Shown piece by piece: positions 1-11,439 of a stretch of DNA of 64,000 bases (within the stretch, counting starts at the first letter, position 1; every line of letters starts with the position of its first letter). Location of the stretch: the NCBI GenBank assembly GCA_904063045.1, contig CAJFCJ010000012.1, positions 1,488,001 through 1,552,000 on the forward strand, read 5' to 3'. The DNA is from Dimorphilus gyrociliatus (lineage: Eukaryota > Animalia > Annelida). Both the position numbers and the translations under genes were made by a program. A model generated the notes under the pieces. That model did not search any database. It worked only from the letters and a program-made list of their open reading frames with translations, and was not told where the DNA came from.

Positions 1-357
1 CTTATTCTTTATTGTCACCTTGGTAACGATAAAATAATCATACAACAGCACGAAAGCCCTTATTGTCATAGATAATTTAATATTGTTACATCTACACATA
101 TATATTATACATTTAGAATTATGATTACTGTATTGTTGATATCTTTTTTTTAAGATTAGCATTTGCAATCTTCCCCCAATTTGTGTTTTTCTTAGTGAAA
201 AAGCTATTAATTAGAGGTTAATTAGAGTACGAAACGGACAAGTTTAAACCTATCTTTGTTATTGCATGTTGGTCCTAGAGAAAAATAGTTTTTTTTATTA
301 AAAAAAGAACTAAATATAGATTTCTTTTTTTAAAAAATACAACTTGCTAATCGATAG

Positions 358-2569
358 AAGATGAAACAATTGAAAAAATACAACCTGCTGAGGAACAAAA
401 AAACAATGACGAGGATGTGGTAGATTTTAATTTGGGTACTGTACACGATGCCCTAGTTGTTGGGGAAGCAATTCTTCAAGCCACGGATGAAGGTGATAAA
501 AGCGAGAACAAAGATGACGAGCAGTCGCAAAAAGATAGTAATGAAACTGAAAATGCTAAAAATGATCCAAACGAAGAGCAGGTAGAAGAAGAACAACAAC
601 AAGACGAAGAAAATACGGATGACGCTGATAATCAAGATATGTCAAATTTAGATAGAGAGGAAGAGCGCGAAGAGACAGCTCAGACTATTACTGATGAAAA
701 TCATGAAGATAATGTCTCAGATAATCGCGATGATATTCAGGAAACTAAACAAGAAGATAATGCAGATGATTATGAGAAAGATGGTTTTGATGAAAAAAGT
801 GAACAAGAGGAAGCAGAGGAGAGTGTACGTCAAAATCAGGTAGAAAATCTAGAGCAGGTGGAGCAGAATCCAGAGTTAGAGCAAAATGAGGAAATAAAAC
901 AGACAGATACTTTAAGCGTGCATAGTTCTTCTTCAAAGGAGGCCAAAGATAAGGATGAAAGCGATAAAGTATCAAATAAAAGTCAAAATGAACAAGATAA
1001 TGAAAGTCTTAAGCCGAATGAAAGTTATGATGAAAACGATAATGATAACGATAATGATAATGATAATGAAAACGAGAACGAGAATGAGATAGAGAATGAA
1101 AATGAAAATGAAAGTGAACATGAACATGAACAAGATGAACACAATGATGATCAAGACTATACAGACACATTAGGAGGTGATATAAAAACCACTCCCAGAT
1201 TCCTCCCCTATTTTTCTCCGAAGACGATTGCATTCCAGATTATCTCTATGTGCACTATAATTATATGTTAATTAGCTTGCATCATTAGCTTTTTAATCTA
1301 AAATTTTTTTACCCATAAAGCTATATTTTGCACATGATGTCATTTCTTATTCTTTAAAGTTAATTGAATGTTTATTTTTCAAGCTGAGGATGTTGCTGAA
1401 GAATCTAAAGAAGCCGAAGAAGACAAGCCTAAAGAGGATGATGAGGAAGCAGCAGCTGAAGAAGGAGAAAAGGCTGGCGAAGATGAGGCGGAAAATAATG
1501 CTGAAGAGGGTGAAGCGGAACAGCAAGAAGAGGCTGAAGCCGAACAAGAAGAAGAGAATGCAGAAGGTTTGTAAAATTTTGTTTCTCTCTTTTTTCCTTT
1601 AAAAGGTTTGTAGGCGAGGAATGTGAGGAATATTATTATCTATCGAATCACTCGGTCTGTCTATGTAAATATATTTCAATCATAAAATAATATGAACAGA
1701 AGAAAAGGGTGGTGAAACTGAAAAACCAAATGATGGTCAAGGTGATGAAGAGAAACAGGATGACAAAGCCGAAACCGCTGAAGACGAACAAAAGCCTGAG
1801 GAAGAAAATAAAGAAGAAGGAGGGAATGTTAGTCAAGAAGGGGAGCAAAAAACGAAAGCAGAAGAAAAAGAGGATGAGCAAGAAACTAAAGAGACAGGAG
1901 ATGAAGAGAAAAAAGAAGAAGAAACAAAGCAAGATGAAAATGCAGAGGAAAATGAGGAGGAAACAAAAGAAGACACTAAAGAAGAAACTAAAGAAGAAAC
2001 TAAAGAAGAATCCAACGAGGATACAAAAGAAGAAGCAACTGAAGGTCAAGAAGAAGAAAAAAAAGAGTCAACTGAGGAAAAACCTGAGGAAGAGAATCAA
2101 GATGAAAAACCAAAAGAACAAGAGGAACAGGAAGCAACAAAAACTGAAAAGCCTGAAGGTTAAAAATAAAAGTTGTCATTAACAAAAGAAAAAAAAAGCT
2201 GCACCTAATTATTCACAATCACTGATTGATAACCTCTTCTTTTATTTTATTATTAACTTTAACATTGTTTTAAGAACAAAAACCAATTGAAAGTTAATAT
2301 TTCCCCTTTTCCATTTCTTTTCAATAATTACATTTAGATATATATATATTTATTTATAATTTTCTATCTTTAACATCATATATTAAAGCCTTTTCAGCTA
2401 TTTAATTAATACTATACTTATTTACATATATGTTGCAATTGTTTATGTATTCTTTCCTTCTTTCTTTCTTTCTCTCTCTCTCTCTCTCATTTTATTTTTT
2501 TTCTAATTTCCTACTGTTTAAATAATATTTTATTAATTAACAGGTGAAGACGCTCCGACGGATGCATAA
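358..2569 (+). CDS. Highly acidic (E/D/N-rich) low-complexity protein, 3' part; start lies upstream or outside the window. Exons ~358-1176, 1384-1566, 1700-2158, 2544-2569
   Basis: Phase-1 AG/GT junctions join ORF 417..1271, ORF 1368..1574 and an E/K-rich frame at 1700-2158 into one frame ending ...PEGEDAPTDA-TAA (2567-2569). The donor at 1177 (GTGATA) is the least certain. No folded domain recognised. Confidence 0.65.
1032..1140 (+). repeat. Coding hexanucleotide repeats (GATAAT)n, (GARAAY)n, (GAACAT)n encoding ND, NE and HE dipeptide runs
   Basis: Directly visible; translates as ENDNDNDNDNDNENENENEIENENENESEHEHEQ. Confidence 0.85.
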
Positions 2570-4476
2570 TCTCGAATCACAGTGGAGGTCTAAAGCATTT
2601 AGTGCTGACTCGAAATTTCGATTAACTTTCTTGATAACTTCTTTAATTGGATTTTGTCATTTGAAAATGAATTGTTTATATATATATTTATGTTATTTTG
2701 TATTTAATAGATATAAGAAAATTTTTTATCAGAATATGTAAATAAATACAATAAATAAGAAAAGATTCACTGTAACAATTAAATTAAAGGATATATAAAG
2801 ATGTTAGGAAATAATACTTTAGAATTGTAGAATAAAAGGTACTAGAGATTGACTTTAATTTCAATTAAATACAAAGAAGGGAGAAATAAGACGAAAATGA
2901 ATGAGAGGAACTTGAAGGAGAAGAGAAGGCAGAAGGAGACGAGAAAATAGTTTTTAGAGAAGTGAAATAACAGGAAATACATCAATATCAAAAAAAAAGT
3001 ATACTTGGCAAATGTGCTATAATAGTGAATTCTATTGTTTATATAACAAGCATATTTTGCAAGTATTAATTGAATTATTAATGAAACACATATAGTTCCA
3101 TACATTAAGTCTACGTAAAGTCCTACTAGGGGTAACCGATGCTTTAGACACTTTTTAAATAATAAATGATGATGATATAATACCTTATAAATACTCATTT
3201 AAATATCTGATTACAAAAATTATTCTTTAACCTTTGACCTCTTTTTATAAAAAGATTCTTATTTCCATTTCAGAATGTTTTATATTTTGGTGAAGTTATT
3301 TTTAAAAAAATAGAAGAATAGAGAAAATTCTTTATTTGACAAAAGTTAAAAGATTGCATCTTTAATTTGACTGTGTTGCTGAGTTTAATTAAAAGAGGAA
3401 GGAAGGGCTAACCAAATACGAATTACTTTTCCCTTCCAAATCATTAGAGTTTTCTATTTGCTTATCCGTTCAATTTTATTCTAAAATAAATAAAGAGTCC
3501 GATAAAAACCCTTTTTACTACTTATAATCATTTACCAGATAAAAGCAGTCGGCTTTCCGGAAACTATTGTAGATAATTCAGATAGATAACAGATAAGATA
3601 TCAATCATCAACCTTTCTTGGGAAAGAGAAGCCACTAACCTGGATTTAGCTAACCTTTTCAATTGTAAAGACTTGAAAGAACTGGAGCTTTTTATTCAAA
3701 TTCATAAATCTGCATAGCAGTCTATAGAGTATATATATATATATTTATATATAGTATTTCGATTAGACGAGTAATAGTATTGAGTGTTTCTCATTCGTTT
3801 AGTGTTTATCCGCAGTTGGCGTCACTTATATCGAGAAAATTTAGCATTTGGAAGCATCCTTAAAGCAAGTAACGGAGTTAATCGATCAAAAATAAAAAGA
3901 GAAAATAACAAACAAATAATAATAAACAGAACAACAACTAAACCAATTAATTAATAGAAAAGGAAGAACATAAGGTAAAGAAATATTAGTAAATCTATTT
4001 ATTAAGATTATTATTATCATTATTATTATTGTATGAATATGTTAATTTTGTTAAACAAAGGTTATTTTAAATGATGTATAGGTATATAGTCTATATTACA
4101 TATTTATCTATATATATTTATATGATATAGATACTGTATAAATTTATACTACGTTTATTATTAAGAGAGATAATTTAGGAAAAGATAATCATTTAAATTG
4201 GAAAATATTCCGCAAAGATGACTTAAAGAATTGTCTTAATAAACTAGTAAATGATATAGTTTATTCTTATTAAAAGGAAAATAAAATTGATTTTGTCTAT
4301 AAATAAAGACATAAAAAGAACTCGAATGGTTATGAGTTTGTGTCACAAACAACGAGAGATATGACCACACTACAAAGCTACAGTTATCAACAGGAAACTT
4401 TGCATACACTCAACTACGAAACGTCATTAATCATCTCTTTATCGTTTTACAGGTATTGCAGTCTGCACAAGCCGCT

Positions 4477-7400
4477 ATGGGTCCGCACTTCGTCGCTGTA
4501 AAGCAATCTAGAAAACGTTCAACGCCTCAGAGGCAAGATTCTAGTAATGAGCGACTTTTTCAATCAATCTTCCATAGAAGACCATCACTGGGAGAGAAGG
4601 AGATACATTTTTTAAATTCTGTTGAAACTGGTAATTTAAACGCTGTACGAAATTTTTTATCAAGGAATGTAAATGTAAACTGCAGGTTTGTAAATAGTCT
4701 CGTATTATTCTTTTCCTCTTTATTCGATATATTGTGTATATAGCAATTAAAATAAGAAATTGTATATAAAAAAATTAACTAGAAAATAGACCAATCGTCG
4801 TTAATGCATTAAAGAATTATCAACATCGATAAAGTAATTTAAATGAAGAGGTACGTACCGCAAAATATAGAATGGAAATAATCAACTAATTCCTAATTCT
4901 AAATCTAGAAATACTTGAAACAATTATTCAAGTAATTCACTCAAAAATACTTTTATATATACAGTATATATTTAAACTTTGTATACGTACGTTTTATAAT
5001 CGATTATCGTGACCTCTATTAATAGTTGTTACTAGAAAAATTGTCCAAAAAATATTTGGTACAAAACTCTATATAGTTTTTCTTTTTATAAAAAAAAAAG
5101 AAAGAGGTAAGTGAAGTCTTTCAGTTCATAATTTTATTATTTTCTATATTTTTTATTTTACGAGCTCGTCAAATAGAACTAGACCTATTTACACTTAAAT
5201 ACTCTGTAATCTATATGTACATGATTTAATGACCTTATACGCCTATGCCTATATTTATACACATATATAAAAATACGTATAACAGCGTATACATATATTT
5301 TTACATACTTGTATAAAAAGAAGAACCCCTTAAGAAAGAAACTCATTGAAATGTGTAGTTTGTTCTTCACTTTTCATTGTTTTTCTTTTCTTTTTGTAAA
5401 AAGAAAAGGTTAATTTAAATTATTAATTTATTATAGAGACGAATTTGGCAGATGTGCTTTGGAATTAGCCTTAATTGGATGTCACGAGTCCATTGTTGAC
5501 TACCTTCTCCCAAGATCAAATGTTCAATGCGTTGAAGATGCTCTTTTCTATTCTATCGATACGGATAACGTAAAAATGGCTGAATTGATACTTTCTCACC
5601 CTTTATATAGCTCGGCAAGGATTGATTTAAGTAAGATGGATGCATTCTACGAACACGATATTGATTCACCACGCCCTCGTCAAACTGCGAGTCCTTTGGC
5701 TCTTGCTTCACACAGAAATAATTTCTATTTAGGTAGATACACACATATCTATATATTAATCCATAAATTTTTGATACTATTTTAAACTATATTTCATATA
5801 CGTATACATTATTAATATATATATATATAAATTATATATATAATATATAGTTAAAGCACCACGTAGATAATTAATGTACGCCTATTTACAATTTACTATT
5901 TACTTTCTAATAACAAAAACAAAGTTCAACTTCTACTTCTACGTGGCTGCCGAATAACTGTTCCTCATGATTACTTTTGCGGATGCATTGAATGTTCGAA
6001 TCAAAGGAAGTTTGACTCGGTTAAATATTCAAAGAGTCGTTTAAATACGTATAAAGCTTTGGCAAGTTCTGCTTATATATCATTAGAAAGTGAGGACCCA
6101 ATTTTAACTGCTTTTGAACTCAGTCACGAACTGGAAAGATTAGCGGATATTGAAAAGGAATACAAGAGTGACTACCGGAAGTTATCGAACGACTGTAAAG
6201 ACTATGCTGTTGAATTATTGGACTTGTGTAGGTCTAGTGACGAGATTATGGCAGTTTTGGACGAAGGTACAAGCGATGACTGCAGTAATTCATGTAACCA
6301 TCAACTTAGCAGAGTAAAATTAGCCTTGAAATATGAACAAAAAAGAGTAAGAACTTTTAAACTGTATATTTTAGCTATTTGCTCCTCTCTATCTCCCCTC
6401 TCATTCTAAACTTTCATACTCTCCCTCTTCCTTCCTCCCGCTCTCTTTCTCTCTTGCAGTTTTATAATTCAAACTACATCACAATACTGTACACGAAATA
6501 TATACTGTATATTTGAGAATGTTGTAAATAGACAGAGAGAATCAGAAATTACTAAATGTAAATATGTTAGCAGTTATAAGATGATTAGCATTTTTCACAT
6601 TAACTGGACATTCTTCTTCAATAACAGTTTATCGCCCACGCTACATGTCAGAGAGAGCTTATATCTCTATGGTATTCTGGCGTTCCATGGCTCCGACACC
6701 AACCCACCCCCGTCAAATTCTTATCACTTCCATTAACAGCGTTTCTACTGCCGTTTGTGGCAATTCTCTTCCTTTTATTACCTAAATGCTTTGTAAGATA
6801 TTTATCTGAATGATTTATTTAATTAATTAACATACTAATATTTTTATGTAAATAACATAAATCAATTATTTTTAGATATCCAAGTTGATGAGAACGCCTT
6901 TTGTCAAATTTCTCAATCATACATGCTCTTATATAATCTTCTTAATTCTTGTCTTTATCGCAACTAATCGTGATGGATCTGGAAATCCTTTTCTGGATGC
7001 TTCATGTTCAAATTGTCTATGTTCATTGAAGAGTATAGTGTCGTTATTAATATTTATTTGGGTTCTTGGCATGTTCTTTCATGAGTGTAGACAAATGTGG
7101 AGAGAAGGTGTTAAAAACTACGTAACTGATTGGTGGAATTGGATGGATTCGGCTTTAATAGCCCTATACTTAGCATCATACGCTATTCAATTATTCACGT
7201 TAATAAAAATTCAACAGTATTCCGAAAAAGATAGAGCAACAATATGCTATTTTTTTAATGATACCGATACAAGATCCTGCAGGGAACTTCGTTGCGAAGT
7301 TGATAGGCAATTGAACAATTGGACAGTATGTTCGGCAGGTAAAAGTAAGTAGTTTCATTCACTTGTTTACTATTTATATTGTTTTCCATTTTTATTCTCC

Positions 7401-8830
7401 TTTTAATAGCAACCTCTTGTAGTGGCATTGATAACTTATATAAGCCTAATTTACAACGAAATCCAATTGATAGAATTTCTGAACAGAATCAAATGTCAGA
7501 TATTTTCTTTGCTCTAGCCAATGTCCTTTCTTTTGCTAGAATAGCTCATTTATTACCTGCTAATGAAGAATTAGGACCCTTATTGGTTTCATTCGGTAGG
7601 ATGATCCACGATGTTGTCCGATTTGGAGTAGTCTTCGTCCTAGTATTCCTTGCTTTTATGTGTGGGTTGACAAGCTTATATCGTCTTCATCAATGTGAAA
7701 ATCAAAGCTTCAGCAGATTAGACTTGTCTTTAATTTCCCTTTTTTGGGCAACCTTTGGTATGGGAGATACTGGAGCTACAAGATTAGATAATAGGTGAGT
7801 AATAAAAATTTAATTGTATATATAAATATATATAGTATATATGCTTGTGTTTGTGCACACTCTCCTCAATGACTCAGACAAACGCACATTTTGTATCTCT
7901 TTTCCTCTTTTCTTTCGCTCTCAATCTTTCTCTATCTCTTTCTTATTCTCTCTTAATTCTTTTAGATACTTGGGTTCTGATAAAAGGCTTATAACCACTC
8001 ATACAACTCACATTAATCTAACCGTATTAGTTGGCTATGGGCTATTCTGTTCGTATATTGCTGGAGCAGTCGTAGTTCTATTAAATATGCTCATTGCTAT
8101 GATGTCTAACTCTTTTCAAGAAATTTATGATGACCGAGATGTTGAATGGAAGTTTGCAAGAGCTAAATTATGGATTGACTATTTTGAAGATGGTTGCACT
8201 TTGCCTGCTCCTTTCAATCTTTTACCAAACCCTAAGTATATAGTAAAGCTTTACAAGTGGATTAGGAAAAAATGCCAAAAGAAGAGGGAAGAACCACCTG
8301 TTCGTATGGCCTATATTTACACGGTAAATTACCCAGATTACCTAAAAACAGCAAGACAGCACTTCTTAATTGTTTTTAAATTAAATAGAGAAGAAAAAAC
8401 GGTATAGTTGGTGAAGATGTTGAATCTATAGAATTACCCCAAAAACCTATGACTGTTTATAAGGTAGATATCTTCTCTTTTTTCACATCATTTTTAAAGT
8501 TTTGTTTTGCAAAGAACGCCATCTCTAGACGATTTCTTTTGCTAACAAACTCCCTCTACTTTACTTTAATTTCTTTTATAGCAAATATCTAGACGCCTAA
8601 TACAGAGATACATATACAAGAAACAAAGCGAATTAACGGAGAAGAACGCCGAAGAATCGGCAATGAGTGATCTGAAAAATGAAATAACTTCAATATCTTA
8701 TTCGGTTGATAAACTTCGTTTTGAAGTGAATACTGTTAGCGAAAAAATTGAGAAATCTTTGCAAAAACGTAACGGATCAATATGCCTTAATACTGAATTG
8801 GTTCCGTCTTCTCTTGAATTAAATGTTTAA
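4477..8830 (+). CDS. TRPC: TRPC-family (canonical TRP / trp-gamma-like) cation channel, multi-exon
   Basis: Ankyrin repeats ([21 protein letters not shown]), TRPC Zn-site motif [21 protein letters not shown], pore helix LFWATFG, S6 [21 protein letters not shown] box [19 protein letters not shown]. The last exon ends ...SLELNV-TAA at 8830. The specific ortholog is not resolvable. Confidence 0.95.
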
Positions 8831-9764
8831 ACGGGAAGTAGATTGTCAGCAGCAAACTACTGACCTCCCATATCATCCCTTCCCGTCTACAACAAGTTCT
8901 TTTAAAAGTATATGCAAGCAAACACTCATAGAGAGAGAGAGAAAAAAAAGCAGAGCAAATATTAACTTTCCTTTTTTCTCCTATTCAAACTAAAACCTCT
9001 TAATGGAAAGTTATATAAAAAATCTATATAGTTATAAAATAATTATATGATTATTGTTATATAACAATAATAATAATGATTCCGGAATAGGATACCAGTT
9101 TAAATTGTGTTCTTAAGAAAAAAACCGGAATGTTCTTTCGGTAATAATGGTAATTTGTTCCTCATTCATTTTACTTGAACTAATATTATTGCATCATTCT
9201 TTTGTTTAAAAATCATAATAAAAAGGTTAGAAAGATTAGTAATAAATCGCTTTTTATTATATATATTAACCATTTAGGGAGAAATATTAGTTCTATCCTT
9301 TTTTGTTCGAATGTTTATATGTATATATAGAAAGTTATATTATATTTCGTATTCTATTCATCCTTTTATCTTACTCATAGGTTTTTTTATCTTCCTGCAT
9401 ATACATTTATACTGTATATACATATAAAAAACACTATAATAGGACTATTCGGCATAGACCAATATCTAACAATATTTTACTTCTAACAGTTAAAGAAACT
9501 ACTATTAAAAAAATATTCTACAAAGTATATTTTTTGTCCTTCAAATAGAATAAAAAACGTTTCTTCTTGTGAGGAAATATAGCTCTATATATGTATATGG
9601 TGTGTAGATTGGTATATGATTTATACATCATTAATACATATATAAATAGAGAAAACAGTTTGTTTTATTTCCTTTATAAAGGAAAGTGTTCTGTTCGTAT
9701 GCATATATACATATATACAATGATATATACTCTATATTATCTTAATATTTTTTCGTTTGTCTAT

Positions 9765-10406
9765 TCAAACATCTTGAATTTCAACACTATCTTCATTCGG
9801 CAGCTTTGCGATATGTAACTTCATGACAACGTAGCATAGATTCGAAGCCAATTTGAGTAAATACGGTAATAAAGCAATCAAATGCCTATAATCCTCATGT
9901 GCCAGTCCCAGTTCGTAACCGAATGGCTCATTACAAAGCCTACTATCGAAGTCATCTGAAACTCCTTCGATAAGCCTAGAATAAGTTTCCATTAGTGACT
10001 TGTAAACTCCTGGAAATAGTTCCCTAATAGGTGTTTGTACGGCATCTTCGATTTCTTCGTAGAGCTCAAGGAATCTTGCCCAAAAGTCCGTAAGAGTTTT
10101 TATATTATTGATCTTTGCCGTAGTAAATGTCATCTTGTCTGCAGCTTCTAATAAAGTTTTAAATTGATTTCTAGTAGTTAATTTGTGATTAACAGGTAAA
10201 ATTGCGGAGCAGGATATATGCAAAGATCGAAGTGAATGAACAAAACTAACGTTCTGACGATTCCACCAGTCCATATAATCTAGTTTCAATTTATTCAAGC
10301 GTTTCAAAATAGCCGACGCCGAATGCCTTATAACGTTTAATTCATATGAAAACGGGAGGCTGCAAACTGATGATACTGTACTATTCGTCCGACTTGTGAA
10401 CGCCAT
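9765..10406 (-). CDS. Uncharacterised single-exon 213-aa protein, predicted helical
   Basis: ATG-initiated, stop-free 642-nt frame with normal amino-acid composition in AT-rich DNA where random ORFs are short. No family recognised. Confidence 0.7.
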   Translation of the reverse strand: MAFTSRTNSTVSSVCSLPFSYELNVIRHSASAILKRLNKLKLDYMDWWNRQNVSFVHSLRSLHISCSAILPVNHKLTTRNQFKTLLEAADKMTFTTAKINNIKTLTDFWARFLELYEEIEDAVQTPIRELFPGVYKSLMETYSRLIEGVSDDFDSRLCNEPFGYELGLAHEDYRHLIALLPYLLKLASNLCYVVMKLHIAKLPNEDSVEIQDV

Positions 10407-11439
10407 GGTTTGTTGCTAAGAAATGAGCAAATATAACGGTTGAATTGATCATTTTAGCTATGTCATACGGTGACCGTTTAAGATTATCGCTTTCTTTTTA
10501 TTGTGTTACAATTGATTTTTTTCCTCGGGTAAAATAAATAGGCCTATCCCAAGTATTATGTTTATACAAAGAGAGGGAATGTGATTGGGCGTAGATTTAT
10601 GTTGTTCGAAGGACAAGAGTTATTGAATCTCTATTTCCCGATCGTTCACACGAAACGTCAAACTAAAAAAAAACGGTTAAAAACGCTTTGTAAAACTTTA
10701 TTTATTCAATATCCTAACGCTTACTTTCATTAATACGCCCCGAAAGCTTTTGAGCGATAACTTTGATAATGAAACGATTTTTCATACTATACATTAACAT
10801 AGAAAACATCAAATGGAAAAAGAAAGCATATTCAAAAGCACAGTTCTTCAACTTCCGGATTTTTCTTTTATTTACAATACAACTTAATAAATTAATATTA
10901 ATCATAAAAAGAAGATTATTTACTAGGATAAACGTAACTTTATCGTATCAGTTGTAGACAGTTTAAAAGCGTTCTTATTGAGCGTCCACCTACTTAAAGA
11001 TTATAGAAGTTTTTTCCTGTTTTCCTTCTAAATCCGTTTTCTGCTCTCTATAAATATTATTATTCACAGTTTTCTTTCCACAAAATAGTTCAATTTTCGA
11101 TCTATCAATTCTTTGATATTGACATTCATCATTCAATTCGCCAGCAAATATAAATATAAAGACACCTCAAATAGCGTATAACTTTTAAGGTAATCAATTT
11201 ATTCCTATTTAGATTTATCTATACAGGATATATATAAATAAGTGTCTATATATTATTTATATAATTTATATGTACGAATATTAAAAACCATCTGAAGCTC
11301 CTGCATTCGACCAGATAAATAATAACTTTGTGCTTTATGTTCTTTTTTTAAAAAAAACAAACAAAAACAAACTTTAAATATAACTTCTATTTAAATTATT
11401 AAATTTTAAATGTAAAAGTTTAGTAATAAATTAAAAAAT

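Noticed and set aside
453-2185. Multiple hydrophobic or Lys-rich ORFs overlapping the acidic gene (e.g. 1648..2049 -, 1709..2182 +)
   Set aside because: These are antisense or shifted-frame shadows of GAA-rich coding sequence; the acidic frame is the one consistent with splice phases.
2842-3198. 118-aa minus-strand ORF and an alternative Cys-containing frame within it
   Set aside because: Low-complexity AT/CT-driven composition, and no consistent upstream exon or start could be built.
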